From Leidyana gryllorum EB-2025a (Eukaryota; Protista; Apicomplexa), in assembly GCA_048772705.1 (NCBI GenBank), contig JBLWGC010000123.1, positions 1 through 64,000 on the forward strand: DNA of 64,000 nucleotides, in the 5' to 3' direction. Positions 33,152 to 44,497 of the stretch are shown here, piece by piece; the first letter of the stretch is position 1, and every line of letters starts with the position of its first letter. The notes beneath the pieces were generated by a model that saw nothing but the letters and a program-made list of their open reading frames with translations, was not told the DNA's origin and made no database searches. The position numbers and the translations under genes are program-made.

Positions 33152-33224
33152 TCCACTGTAGTCTAAGTGGCTAGGATATGCGGCTTTCACCCGCACCATC
33201 CGGGTTCAAGTCCCGGCAGTGGAA
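33152..33224 (+). tRNA. tRNA-Glu(TTC)
   Basis: Cloverleaf. Confidence 0.9.
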
Positions 33225-33300
33225 GTCATTAGAGTACTCGATCAAAGTGCTCTGATAACTTGCGTAAATAGGGACTGATGCGTGATTCCCGGCTTGCATT

Positions 33301-33372
33301 GCCTTCTTAGCTTAGCGGCAGAGCATTCGCTTAGTAAGCGAAAGGTCGCCGGTTCGATTCCGGCAGAAGGCT
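33301..33372 (+). tRNA. tRNA-Thr(AGT)
   Basis: Cloverleaf. Confidence 0.9.
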
Positions 33373-33419
33373 TGCTCACGAGCCAATCTATCCTACAACT
33401 GTTCCCTTCTGCGCACACT

Positions 33420-33491
33420 TAGCAGTGCGTCGTTTCGATCGACGGACCTTTGGGTTATGAGCCCAACACTCTTCCACTGAGCTACACTGCT
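33420..33491 (-). tRNA. initiator tRNA-Met(CAT)
   Basis: Intact. Confidence 0.93.
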
Positions 33492-33815
33492 TAGTCTGCA
33501 ACATGTCAGAGGTAGCCGAAATGCGATTCTCGAGAGGTTAGTTGCGCTGACTGCCCTACCGAAGTGGGCTAACGAGGTGGCTGTGTTGGTTCTGGGGCAA
33601 CTTGTCCGATCGGGTCAACCGACGACCAAGAGGGCTGTGCTGGGAATCGAACCAGGACTCCACCCTGAGGAGGGGTCACAGCACTAGACCAAACAGCCCG
33701 TCGGACATAATATGTCAAGAACCACTAATTGCTATGGGGTCTGCACAGCGGGCGACTAGCTGGAATGATATAGCACAGCCACGACCGAATGGAGTTGATG
33801 CCCGATCACATAACA

Positions 33816-33897
33816 CGACAACTGCTGGATTCGAACCAGCGCGGGCCAGGCCCAGTAGATTTCTAGTCTACCCCCTTAACCACTCGGGCAAGTTGCC
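33816..33897 (-). tRNA. tRNA-Ser(AGA)
   Basis: Intact. Confidence 0.92.
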
Positions 33898-34114
33898 ACC
33901 TGTCGAATTCGACATGTCGCGGAAGTGACCAAATACCCCCATGTTCAGCCTGCCCTGCGGCATTGATAGATGTCTAAACTGACCTCTCGCGTGCAAAGTC
34001 ACCGCTTTACCACTTGAGATAGCCGCCCACCCGCCAAACCTAGGTGAACTTCCAATCTGAGACCGAGTCACACTTCTCTGGCGCCTCATTCGTCAGTGCA
34101 ACTGTTGTGACTCG

Positions 34115-34187
34115 TCCACTGTAGTCTAAGTGGCTAGGATATGCGGCTCCCACCCGCACGATCCGGGTTCTAGTCCCGGCAGTGGAA
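34115..34187 (+). pseudogene. tRNA-Glu body with CCC anticodon
   Basis: Duplicate of 11178-11250. Confidence 0.75.
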
Positions 34188-34247
34188 CTCCAGCTGAGTG
34201 TGCTTGTAGGCAACAGTTCCATTCTAACTCCCAATGAAATAGATGCT

Positions 34248-34320
34248 CACCGCCCGCGGGGCTCGAACCCGCGACTGCGAGATTAAGAGTCTTGCGCTCA
34301 ACCGACTGAGCTAGGGCGGC
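34248..34320 (-). tRNA. tRNA-Lys(CTT)
   Basis: Cloverleaf. Confidence 0.84.
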
Positions 34321-34588
34321 AGGAATGCAAGGACACAAAACCCGATAGCCCGACATCTCAAGTGGCTTTGGTACCCACCAGCCTCACTTGAAGATTGTCC
34401 GGGTCGTCTAGGTGCTTACAACAGCAAGTTGTGGCCGTGCATACCCAGGCCCGAATCCTGGCTTGGATAGTATGTCCCCGATGTCTCGAATGGGAGATGT
34501 GGGTGAAGTCTGTCCAGACCCACCATCGAGCGTAGCTGCCCATGTCGTCTTGCTCGCTACACACTTCCATTTGACGGCTCCGCTAGTC

Positions 34589-34661
34589 GGCGCTATGGCC
34601 TAATGGATATGGCATCGGTCTACGGAACCGGGGATTCTGGGTTCGAGTCCCAGTAGCGTCT
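34589..34661 (+). tRNA. tRNA-Arg(ACG)
   Basis: Intact. Confidence 0.9.
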
Positions 34662-34909
34662 GGGCGAATGCCCGGGTTGCAGCCTGTTGAGTCAACAACT
34701 CAGATCCTGTCTTAGCTGTTCGGGATGGGTCGAGTGCCTTGTTGCGTCAACAACTATCAGACGGGCTGTTCTGGGAGTCGAACCCAGGACTTCTTCCACC
34801 CGAAGGAAGAAACAGCCCCCTGTGGGTGCCTCAGGTACTGACAGGTTCCAAACCTGCGGCTTCGTGGCTAAGAGACTTACCGGTTGCAGGTGCCTAGTCG
34901 ATGCAGTCG

Positions 34910-34981
34910 AGCCTTCTGCCGGAATCGAACCGGCGACCTTTCGCTTACTAAGCGAATGCTCTGCCCCTAAGCTAAGAAGGC
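34910..34981 (-). tRNA. tRNA-Thr(AGT)
   Basis: Intact. Confidence 0.92.
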
Positions 34982-35049
34982 AATCCAGGCCGAAGATCAA
35001 GAATCAGTCACTATTGACGGGGATTACTGAGGCACTTTGCTCGAGTAGC

Positions 35050-35121
35050 TTCCACTGCCGGGTCTTGAACCCGGATGTACGGGTGAGAGCCGTATAACCT
35101 AGCCACTTAGACTACAGTGGA
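35050..35121 (-). tRNA. tRNA-Glu(CTC), degenerate
   Basis: Deletion and mismatches. Confidence 0.73.
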
Positions 35122-35203
35122 CAAACTTCCTCAGCTGCAGCTTTGGACGAGAGCCGTACGATCTTGAGATGAGATAGAGCGTCGGGTCAATCGACAACCA
35201 ACG

Positions 35204-35275
35204 GGGCTGTTCTGGGAATCGAACCCAGGACTTCTTCCACCCGAAGGAAGAATCATACCACTAGACCAAACAGCC
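35204..35275 (-). tRNA. tRNA-Pro(CGG)
   Basis: Intact. Confidence 0.92.
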
Positions 35276-35362
35276 GGCTGTCGGTCCAGCAACCCGCTGA
35301 GTACAGTCGAGAGAGTGGTCATACGATGTTGAGAACAAAAAAATCGATGGAATCTGCACAAC

Positions 35363-35435
35363 GGGCGACTAGCTCAAATGGTAGAGCGCTCGCTTAGCAT
35401 GCGAGAGGTACTGGGATCGATGCCCAGGTCGTCCA
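35363..35435 (+). tRNA. tRNA-Ala(AGC)
   Basis: Intact. Confidence 0.92.
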
Positions 35436-35713
35436 AACTTCGTACGGCTGCACCTGCCGCTATTTATTTCCCGAGCTGAGATAATTGTGCCCTGTAACCC
35501 TTGGACAGACCTGGGCATCGCAGTACGTGTGAAGGTTGCCTCAGAGCCCGGATTTCCGAGTTTGTATGTTACAATGACACGCTCTGCCGACTAAGATACA
35601 AGAGTCAGTTACATTATTTCAAAGGTCAGTAGAGAGATGTGTGTTGCATGTGCCCAGTTGAGGAGGGCTAGTCCGGATGGCTCTACCAACTCTTTTTCGG
35701 GAAGGACTGAATC

Positions 35714-35785
35714 GGTTACGTGGTGTAGTGGTTAGCACTGGAGACTCTAAATCTCCCGACCTAGCTGCGATTCCCGGCGCGACCT
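35714..35785 (+). pseudogene. tRNA-Gln body with CTA anticodon; T-arm broken
   Basis: Duplicate of 8526-8597. Confidence 0.78.
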
Positions 35786-35848
35786 CGAAACTGGTCTTCA
35801 CTTTTCCGTGAAGCCTCGCCACTTCTCGTGGTCTGCGGGACCTTCTCT

Positions 35849-35921
35849 GCAGCCATGGTCTAGTGGTCACGACGTCTGCTTAAGACGCAGAAGGTCCCGA
35901 GTTCGATCCTCGGTGGCTGTA
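35849..35921 (+). tRNA. tRNA-Val body; anticodon mutated to AAG
   Basis: Loop TTAAGAC. Confidence 0.75.
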
Positions 35922-36201
35922 AGTCGCATTTTTCAGGTGAGCACCACGAAATCTAAAGCGGAAAAACTAAGTGTCTCCAAGACCGGGAATCGTACCCGGG
36001 TCCTCCCTTCTCGACACTTCACGAAAAGAAAACCTGTCAAGTGGCGAGCCAAGAACATTCCGGCATGATGGCCGAGTGGACCAAGGCGCTGTGTAAAGGC
36101 CGCAGTTCGAAAGGGCGTGGGTTCGAATCCCGCTCTTGTCAGCCGTTGTATCGGTGCTCGGTCAGCCACTGGATGCAGAAGGTTTTCCATGTAGAGCGGA
36201 T

Positions 36202-36274
36202 GGGCGGCTAGCTCAGATGGTAGAGCGCTCGCTTTGCATGCGAGAGGTACTAGGATCCATACCCAGGTCGTCCA
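36202..36274 (+). tRNA. tRNA-Ala(TGC), degenerate
   Basis: T-arm mismatches. Confidence 0.78.
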
Positions 36275-36711
36275 AACTCAGTAGGGCGACCTGCCGGTAG
36301 TTAAATACAGAGACCTCTAACAGACCGCCGCATATCGCAGCTCCCGGCACCGCTAGGCTTCGAAACTGCGACTTTGTGGTAAACAGCTACACGCTTTGCC
36401 GACTGAGCTACAAGACCCAGTTGCAATGTTCTTCCAAGCGAGGAGAAATCATACCTGCAGACCAAACAGCCCCCTGGTCGGGCCTCGTGCCGAAGCTTGT
36501 CAGCGTCTCTGTCAATCTGCCACGGCTGTTTGAGGCGTGCCTCCTGCGTCTGCCGGGAATCGAACCTGGGTCGTCTCGGTGGCAACGACACATTCTACCA
36601 CTAGACCACAGATGCATGACTCGTTGTTGTTCAAGCTCGTGCACAATAACGGCCGTTTTGCCTCAAATGAGAAGACAGAATCGAGTTGAGCGAGTATGAC
36701 GGGTAGTTTGT

Positions 36712-36783
36712 GGGTACGTAGCTCAGTGGTAGAGCAGCTGACTACAGATCAGCAAGTCCGTGGTCCAACTCCGCGCGTGCCCA
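36712..36783 (+). pseudogene. tRNA-Cys body with ACA anticodon
   Basis: B-box mutated. Confidence 0.75.
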
Positions 36784-36864
36784 GAAGATGGTTTGGAACG
36801 ATCGGAGATGTTGGACCTCCATTCCTGACCACAAGGCAATTAGTTTGGAACGGGAGATGGTTTT

Positions 36865-36936
36865 GGGCCTATGGCGCAACGGTAGCGCGTCTGACTCCAG
36901 ATCAGAAGGTTGGGTGTTCGAATCACTCTGGGCTCA
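36865..36936 (+). tRNA. tRNA-Trp(CCA)
   Basis: Intact. Confidence 0.92.
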
Positions 36937-37326
36937 ATCAGACTTTATGTTCTTCTCGTATGGGGCGCAACCAAGAATGGGATTCGGACCCACGCCCAGT
37001 CGGCGCTGCGCCGTCACATACGTCCCTGCGAGTGCTACAGCTGTCCGCCCGTGTCTAATTGGCACTGGAGTTCAAGGGCGTAGAATTCTAGTGAATAAGC
37101 CATGTGCCATGTCCTCTGCATCTGCCTCGAATCGGACCTGGGTCGTCTCGGCGGCAACGACACAGTCTACCCCTAGACCACAGATGCGTGACACCTCCAT
37201 TTCTGAATACAAGGCGATGAGTCTGGACTACTCTAGGCCGTCCAACTTAGGGCGGTACGTAAAAACCAGGCTCATCGAATATGTGTTTCCAAAGACACAC
37301 GCCCCTTTCGCAGCCAAAAGCTCCGT

Positions 37327-37399
37327 GCAGCCATGGTCTAGTGGTCACGACGTCTGCTTAACACGCAGAAGGTCCCGAGTCCGATCCTCGGTGGCTGTA
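37327..37399 (+). tRNA. tRNA-Val(AAC)
   Basis: T-loop change. Confidence 0.83.
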
Positions 37400-37454
37400 G
37401 CTCGCAAGTTTCAGCGGGCACCAAAAAAGACAATCTTAAGCCAGATCAACTGTG

Positions 37455-37526
37455 CTCCGAGACCGGGAATCGAACCCGGGTCTTCCGCGTGACAGGCGGA
37501 AATACTAACCACTATACTATCTCGGA
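37455..37526 (-). tRNA. tRNA-Asp(GTC)
   Basis: Intact. Confidence 0.92.
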
Positions 37527-37658
37527 CGCTCCGAACACACCGGCCTGAAACCCCAAAAGTCCTTCCATTTTGTTGTGCAGACCCATCGCATTTGTTGGTT
37601 CTCAACATAGTATGACCACTATCTCAACTGTACTCAGCGGGTTGCACGACCGACAGGC

Positions 37659-37730
37659 GGATGTTTGGTCTAGTGGTATGATTCTTCCTTCGGGTGGAAG
37701 AAGTCCTGGGTTCGATTCCCAGAACAGCCC
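37659..37730 (+). tRNA. tRNA-Pro(CGG)
   Basis: One acceptor mismatch. Confidence 0.85.
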
Positions 37731-37811
37731 CGTTGCTTGTCGATTGACCTGACGCTCCATCTCATCTCAAGATGGTACGGCTTTCGTCCAAAGCTGCAGC
37801 TGAGGAAGTTG

Positions 37812-37884
37812 TCCACTGTAGTCTAAGTGGCTAGGATATGCGGCTCTCACCCGCACGAGCCGGGTTCAAGTCCCGGCAGTGGAA
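37812..37884 (+). tRNA. tRNA-Glu(CTC)
   Basis: Cloverleaf. Confidence 0.9.
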
Positions 37885-37956
37885 ATCCAGCAGAGTGTGC
37901 TTGTGGTCCAGTAATCTCCGTCAATAGAGACTGTTTCGTGATCTTCGGCTTGCATT

Positions 37957-38028
37957 GCCTTCTTAGCTTAGGGGCAGAGCATTCGCTTAGTAAGCGAAAG
38001 GTCGCCGGTTCGATTCCGGCAGAAGGCT
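37957..38028 (+). tRNA. tRNA-Thr(AGT)
   Basis: Intact. Confidence 0.92.
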
Positions 38029-38076
38029 TTGGTCACGAGCCGATCTATTCTAGACTGCTTCCCTTTTGCGCACACT

Positions 38077-38148
38077 TAGCAGTGAGTCGTTTCGATCGAC
38101 TGACCTTTGGGTTATGAGCCCAACACTCTTCCGCTGAGCTGCACTGCT
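38077..38148 (-). tRNA. initiator tRNA-Met, degenerate
   Basis: Several substitutions. Confidence 0.8.
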
Positions 38149-38273
38149 TAGTCTGCAACATGGAAGAGGTAGCCGAAATGCAATTCTTGAGATGTTAATT
38201 GCCTTGAGTGTCGACGCGGTGGCTGTGTTACTTCTAAAACTGCTTATCCCATCGGGTCAACCGACAACCCAGA

Positions 38274-38345
38274 GGGCTGTTCTGGGAATCGAACCCAGGA
38301 CTCCTTCCACCCTAAGGAAGGCTCATACCACTAGACCAAACAGCC
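38274..38345 (-). tRNA. tRNA-Pro(AGG)
   Basis: Cloverleaf. Confidence 0.87.
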
Positions 38346-38783
38346 GCCTGTCGGTCGTGCAACCCGCTGGGTACACTCGAGAGAGTGGTCATACTATGTG
38401 AAGTACCACTAAATGCGATGGGGTCTGCACAGCGGGGGACTAGCTCAAATGGTGAAGCGCTCGCTTAGCGTGCAAGAGGTACTGGGATCAATGCCCAGGT
38501 CGTCCAAAATTTGTAGTGCTGCAACTGGCGCTATTTGACTACAGAGTTGAGAGCTTTGAGGGTGCCCTGTAGCCCTTAGATGGACTTGGGCACCGCAGTA
38601 TGTGTGAAGGTTGCCTCAGAGACCGGATCTGCGAGTTTGTATTTTACAACCACACGCTCTGCCGACTAAAGTACAAGAGCCAGTTCCAATATCTCAGAGG
38701 TTAGTAGAGATACGCGTGTTGCATATGTCTGGTTGAGGGCTAGTCCGGAGGCTCTACCAACTCTTTTTGTGAAGGAGTGAATG

Positions 38784-38855
38784 GGTTGCGTGGTGTAGTG
38801 GTTAGCACTGGAGACTCTGAATCTCCCGATCTGGGTTCGATTCCCGGCGCGACCT
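38784..38855 (+). tRNA. tRNA-Gln(CTG)
   Basis: Cloverleaf. Confidence 0.9.
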
Positions 38856-38918
38856 CACAACTAATTCTCACTGCTTTGTGAAACCTCAATACTCCTCTTG
38901 ATCTGCGAGACCTTCCGT

Positions 38919-38991
38919 GCAGCCATGGTCTAGTGGTCACGACGTCTGCTTAACACGCAGAAGGTCCCGAGTTCGATCCTCGGTGGCTGTA
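38919..38991 (+). tRNA. tRNA-Val(AAC)
   Basis: Intact. Confidence 0.92.
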
Positions 38992-39044
38992 ACTCGCGTT
39001 TGTCAGGCGAGCACCACGAAATCTAAAGCGGAAGAACGAAGTGT

Positions 39045-39116
39045 CTCCGAGACCGGTAATCGAACCCGGGTCTTCCGAGTGACAGGCGGAAATACTAAGC
39101 ACTATACTATCTCGGA
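39045..39116 (-). tRNA. tRNA-Asp(GTC), degenerate
   Basis: Duplicate of 29987-30058. Confidence 0.77.
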
Positions 39117-39211
39117 CGCTCGTGGATACCCCGGCCTTCAACCCCAATAGTCCTCCCTTCTCGAGACTTCACGGACAGAAAGCGTGTAAAGTGGCGAGCC
39201 AAGGGCACTCC

Positions 39212-39291
39212 GGCAAGATGGCCGAGTGGTCCAAGGCGCTGTGTTAAGGCCGCAGTCCGAAAGGGCGTGGGTTCGAATCCCACTCTTGTCA
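39212..39291 (+). tRNA. tRNA-Leu(AAG)
   Basis: Intact. Confidence 0.92.
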
Positions 39292-39340
39292 GCCGTTGTA
39301 TCGGCCCTCGGTCAGCCACTGGATGCAATAGGTCTTCCAT

Positions 39341-39646
39341 TGGTTTGATAGGCGGAACATGCGCCGAATCGCTGGTTCCGTCCCTAGTTGGATGCATTGG
39401 GTCCATAATCTGTACTGATGGCTAATCTGGGTATTCTGAAGTTGGGTTTTGGTTTGGTAAGTGCCCGTAATTGAATTAGTTGTATTGGAATGTAATGAAA
39501 AATGAATAATAAAAACGTGTGTGCCGTGCTCGTGTCTCCCTTAACCAGGCTGGCACGTAGATCTAGCTTAACCTAAAGGCCTTAGGCCGTCATTGACTCT
39601 GGGGCTTAACTGAAAGAATGCAGATCAGGTTCAAAATGACGCATCA
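39341..39646. mobile_element. Family C element; same insertion carried by an inverted segmental duplication
   Basis: Reverse complement of 29457-29762 with the same TSD and flanks. Confidence 0.85.
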
Positions 39647-39670
39647 TCCATGTAGAGCGGATGAGCGGAT

Positions 39671-39743
39671 GGGCGGCTAGCTCAGATGGTAGAGCGCTCG
39701 CTTCGCATGCGAGAGGTACTGGGATCGATACCCAGGTCGTCCA
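39671..39743 (+). tRNA. tRNA-Ala(CGC)
   Basis: Intact. Confidence 0.92.
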
Positions 39744-39858
39744 AAGTACGTACGGCTGCACGTGGCGGGATCCAAACAAACTTCCATCTTTGAAGGGTCG
39801 CAGACCATAAGTGCCATTGGCACACCAGCGCACTCAGTGTTTAGTGTGCCTCTGAAAC

Positions 39859-39931
39859 CGGTCCTGGCAGGTTTCGAACCTGCGACTTTGTGGTTAACAG
39901 CCACACGCTCTGCCGACTGAGCTACAAGACC
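39859..39931 (-). tRNA. tRNA-Asn(GTT)
   Basis: Intact. Confidence 0.92.
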
Positions 39932-40048
39932 CAGCTGCAATGGTTCAGAGGTTAGTATAGAGATCCTCCTTTTTCTACAACAGGATTCTGCAACCACGTC
40001 TTGTCAAGAGGGTACGGCTCTCGGCTAAAGCTGCAGCTGAGGAAGTTG

Positions 40049-40121
40049 TCCACTGTAGTCTAAGTGGCTAGGATTTGCGGCTCTCACCCGCACGATCCGG
40101 GTTCAAGTCCCGGCAGTGGAA
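40049..40121 (+). tRNA. tRNA-Glu(CTC)
   Basis: Cloverleaf. Confidence 0.9.
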
Positions 40122-40155
40122 ATCGAGCTGAGTGTGCTTGTAGGCAACAGACCCA

Positions 40156-40228
40156 CACCGCCCGCGGGGCTCGAACCCGCGACTGCAAGATTAAGAGTCT
40201 TGCGCTCTACCGACTGAGCTAGGGCGGC
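40156..40228 (-). tRNA. tRNA-Lys(CTT)
   Basis: Intact. Confidence 0.92.
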
Positions 40229-40461
40229 AAGAAAGCAACGACACAAAACCCGATAGCCTGACAACTAAAGTGGCTTTGGTACCCACCAGCCTTAGCAAGT
40301 TGTGGCCGTGCATACCCAGGCCCGAATCCTGGCTTGGATAGTATGTCCCCGATGTTTTGAATGGGAGATGTGGGTGAAGTCTGTCCAGACCCACCATCGG
40401 GCGTCGCTGCCCATGTCCTGTCTTGATCGCTACACACTTCCATTTGACGGCTCCGCTAGTC

Positions 40462-40534
40462 GGCGCTAGGGCCTAATGGATATGGCATCGGTCTACGGAA
40501 CCGGGGATTCTGGGTTCGAGTCCCAGTAGCGTCT
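40462..40534 (+). tRNA. tRNA-Arg(ACG)
   Basis: U8 changed. Confidence 0.84.
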
Positions 40535-40635
40535 GGGCGAATGGCCGGGTTGCAGCCTGCGGAGTCAACAACTCAGATCCCGTCTTAGCTGTCCGGGATG
40601 GGTCGAGTGCCGTGTTGCGTCAACAACTATCAGAC

Positions 40636-40707
40636 GGGCTGTTCTGGGAATCGAACCCGGGACTCTTTCCACCCTAAGGAAGGATCATACCACCAGACCA
40701 AACAGCC
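40636..40707 (-). tRNA. tRNA-Pro(AGG), degenerate
   Basis: Mismatches. Confidence 0.8.
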
Positions 40708-40971
40708 GCCTAGTCGGTGGTTCAACCCGCTGGGTACAGTCGAGAGACTCGTCTCACTATGTGAAGTATCACTCAATGCCATGAGGTAGGCACAGAGGGA
40801 GGCAAGCCCAGATGATGAAACGGTGCTTAGTGTACGAAAGGTTCTGGGATCGATTCTCAGCTCATCCGAACTAGATAGATGGAACCCTCGCCGGAGTAGT
40901 CTAGTTGGCCTATCAACACTGTCTGCCAACACCATCAGGTTGAGTAGTACTTTGCCGATCACCACTCTACT

Positions 40972-41051
40972 TCCGGTGGGACGGAATCGAACCGCCGACT
41001 ATCTGATGCCAGCACTACAGTCAGATGCTCTACCAACTGAGCTACCCCCGG
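40972..41051 (-). tRNA. tRNA-Tyr(GTA) with 7-nt intron
   Basis: Cloverleaf plus intron. Confidence 0.85.
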
Positions 41052-41242
41052 CCGTCTAACTGCTCCGGGGTTCAAAAGGCTCAACCCCAGATCCTCGCCC
41101 TTTCGGACAGCAGCTTGAGCACAGCGCCTTAGACAACTCGGCTATCTTGCGACAGTGTTGTTGGTTCATCGCTCCACGCGTTTTTTGTCCGTGAGCCAAA
41201 ATAGAAAGACTTCTGGGATTGGAGGCCGGCGTGTCCAGAGCG

Positions 41243-41314
41243 TCCGAGATAGTATAGTGGTTAGTATTTCCGCCTGTCACGCGGAAGACCCCGGTTCCAT
41301 TCCCGGTCTCGGAG
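41243..41314 (+). tRNA. tRNA-Asp(GTC), degenerate T-arm
   Basis: Mismatches. Confidence 0.78.
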
Positions 41315-41576
41315 CACAGGTGGTTTCGCTTAAGATTCTCTCCTTTGGTTCTCGCTGAAAGTTGGGAGTTACACCACCGAGGATTCACCTCGGACTTTCT
41401 GCGTGTTAAGCAGACGTCGTAACCACTAGAGCGTGGGAGCTACAGCCACCGAGGATTCACCTCGGACTTTCTGCGTGTTAAGCAGACGTCGTAACCACTA
41501 GACCGTGGCTGCATGAATGGTCCCCGCAGCCCAAGAGAAGTGGCGAAGTTTCAGGGAGTAGTGAGGACCAGTTCCA

Positions 41577-41648
41577 AGGTCGCGCCCGGAATCGAACCCA
41601 GGTCGGGAGATTCAGAGTCTCCAGTGCTAACCACTACACCACGCAACA
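41577..41648 (-). tRNA. tRNA-Gln(CTG), degenerate
   Basis: Mismatches. Confidence 0.78.
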
Positions 41649-42424
41649 GATTCAGCCCATCCCAGAAGAGTCGGTAGAATCATCCGGACTAGCGCTTCCT
41701 CAACTGGACCCAGGCAACACGGGTCTCTCTACTGACCTCTGGGAATATTTTAGGTGGCTCATGTATATAGCGCCCAGCGTAGAGCGTTGGATTTGAGTCG
41801 GACAGAATGCTCACTTCAATCATTGAAGCAATTGCGCTCTTCGCGAATGCTACCGTCAAGGGCGAGTTTCGAACTCACGCGGGTGACACCCAACGGCTTA
41901 GCAGGCCGCCGCCTTAACCACTCGGCCACCTTGCCGAGAGTGAAACGAGCTACACCTTCCATCGGGAATCCCGTGCGAATTGGTACACCCCCTTCTCGAT
42001 GTCAGTATTTGCCTTTGGAATGACTGCTTGGCGGGGTGGAAGAAGGTCGGAGTGGCCGGTTCAGTACCAATCATAAGGCTTTGCTGAACACATCAGTCGG
42101 CTCCTTCGGCTAGTGACTGTTCACCTCAACTCTGAAGCGGTCGCGTGTTTCAGGCGGTCAGAGCGTGAACCTAATAAGTTCTGAGTCCGCGGTTGGAGCC
42201 CGGGCGTGACCAAGTGAGGGGATCTCTGCTAAAAAGTCGCCCCGGACGCGAGGAAGCCACAACATTCTGCGACTAATACGAAAGGAACTTTTTACCAAGT
42301 CCGAGCTTCCCTGCCGTGCCAGCTCCGTCGGTAGAGCGCAAGACTTTCAATGGTGGAGAGTCCTTGTCAAACTTGCTGAACCGTATGTGGAGCCACTGGC
42401 CGCAAAATGCCGAGTTCGACAGGT

Positions 42425-42506
42425 GGCAACTTGCCCGAGTGGTTAAGGGGGTAGACTCGAAATCTACTGGGCCTGGCCCGCGCTGGTTCAAATCCAGCAA
42501 TTGTCG
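42425..42506 (+). tRNA. tRNA-Ser(CGA)
   Basis: One acceptor mismatch. Confidence 0.87.
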
Positions 42507-42570
42507 TGCGATGTGGTGGAAATGATGCAATTCCCAGCATCAAAAACTCATATGGGTCGAGACAGGGAAT

Positions 42571-42642
42571 GCCTCCTTAGCTTAGGGGCAGAGCATTCGC
42601 TTTGTAAGCGAAAGGTCGCTGGTTCGATTCCGGCAGGAGGCT
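42571..42642 (+). tRNA. tRNA-Thr(TGT)
   Basis: Intact. Confidence 0.9.
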
Positions 42643-42803
42643 TCAGTCATTAGCCTAAACATGGTTGCGATCATCCGCCCGCATTTTCGGACGGCGGCTT
42701 GCACACAGCACTCGGCCATCTTGCCGAAGTGTTACCCGTTTCCTGTCCGTGAAATTCAAAATGCGAGGAGTTCTGGGGTTGGAGGCCGGCGTGTTTACTA
42801 GCG

Positions 42804-42875
42804 TCCGAGATAGTATAGTGATTAGTATTTCCGCCTGTCACGCGGGAGACCCGGGTTCGATTCCCGGTCTCGGAG
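42804..42875 (+). tRNA. tRNA-Asp(GTC)
   Basis: Cloverleaf. Confidence 0.84.
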
Positions 42876-43226
42876 CAGTTCCAGCCCCTCACAACTGCTG
42901 CAACTCAGATTTTGTCTCAGCTGGTCTGGACTTCATCCGGCATTGTAAGAGTGGGAGCCGCGTATAGAAGCCCACCTTGGAGAGACGTGGCATTGAGTCA
43001 ACAACTATCAAACGGGCTGTTCTGGGAATCGAACCCAGGACTTCTTCCACCAAAGGAAGAATATATAACTGGACCAAACAGAGCGCTGTGGGTGCGTCAG
43101 GTACTGGCAGGTTCCAAACCTGCGACTTCGTGGCTAAGAGACTTACACTCTGATGGCTGAGCTACGAGGCTCACCTACGATGATTGGAGTTGCGATAAGC
43201 TTGCAGGTGCCCATTCGATGCAGTCG

Positions 43227-43298
43227 AGCCTTCTGCCGGAATCGAACCGGCGACCTTTCGCTTACTAAGCGAATGCTCTGCCCCTAAGCTAAGAAGGC
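43227..43298 (-). tRNA. tRNA-Thr(AGT)
   Basis: Intact. Confidence 0.92.
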
Positions 43299-43374
43299 AA
43301 TGCAAGCCAAAGATCACGAATCAGTCACTATTGACGGGGATTACTGAGGCACTTTGCTCGAATGGTCCAATGAC

Positions 43375-43447
43375 TTCCACTGCCGGGACTCGAACCCGGA
43401 TCGTGCGGGTGAAAGCCGCATATCCTAGCCACTTAGACTACAGTGGA
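43375..43447 (-). tRNA. tRNA-Glu(TTC)
   Basis: Intact. Confidence 0.92.
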
Positions 43448-43629
43448 CAAGTGCTTGAGTTGAGGCTTCGGCCGAGAGCCGTACCGTCTTGGAAATCAGT
43501 GGTACCCAGCTCGTGCAATCTTACCGGAACTCGAGTGTGGCACCTTGGACCACCCCGAAATCCGTGCCGTACTTCTGACACTGTTGAGGGTTTGAGGTTA
43601 AGCCTTCGAATCTCGCAGCAGTTGGACGA

Positions 43630-43709
43630 CCGGGGGTAGCTCAGTTGGTAGAGCATCTGACTGTAGTGCTGGCATCAGATAGTCGGCGGTTCGATTCCGT
43701 CCCACCGGA
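43630..43709 (+). tRNA. tRNA-Tyr(GTA) with 7-nt intron
   Basis: Cloverleaf plus TGCTGGC intron. Confidence 0.88.
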
Positions 43710-43795
43710 GGTAGAGTGGTGGTTGGCAGACTACTACTCAACCTGATGGGCTTTGCAGACATCGTTGATTTGAGCGAGTATAAGAGGCGCCTCGT

Positions 43796-43867
43796 GGGTA
43801 CGTAACTCAGTAGTAGAGCAGCTGACTGCAGATCAGCAAGTCCGTGGTTCAACTCCGCGCGTGCCCT
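43796..43867 (+). tRNA. tRNA-Cys(GCA)
   Basis: D-arm changes. Confidence 0.82.
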
Positions 43868-44424
43868 GAAGATGACCTGAAGGTTTGAGAATGTTGAAAA
43901 TCCATCCCTGCCCACATACCAATGAGCCTGGAAGTCGGTGGACAATTTTGGGTCTATTGCGCAACGGTAGCGCGCCCAATTCCAGATCGGAAGGTGGCAA
44001 TATTATGAGTTAGTCGGCGGTGCCGATTCCGACCGTGGGAGTGTGAGAGGATCGACTTGCATCTGACTGTAGTGCTGGCATCAAATAGTCGGCGGTTCGA
44101 TTCCGTCCCACCGGAAGTAGAGGGTCATTGGCAAACTACTACTCAACCTGATGAGCGTTGATAGGCCAACTAGACTACTCCGACGAGAATTCCATGTATG
44201 TAGTTCGGATGGGCTGGGAATCGATCCCAGAACCCTTCGTATACTAAGCTACCTTTTCATCATCTGGGCTAGCCTCCCTCTATGCCTACCTCATGGCATT
44301 GAGTGATACTTCACATAGTGATACGAGTTTCTCGACTGTACCCAGCGGGTTGAACCATTTGGTCTAGCGGGTTCGATTCCCAGCCCGTCTGATAGTTGTT
44401 GACGCTACACGGCACCATTCGCCC

Positions 44425-44497
44425 AGACGCTACTGGGACTCGAACCCAGAATCCCCGGTTCCGTAGACCGATGCCATATCCATTAGGCCATAGCGCC
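44425..44497 (-). tRNA. tRNA-Arg(ACG)
   Basis: Intact. Confidence 0.9.
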
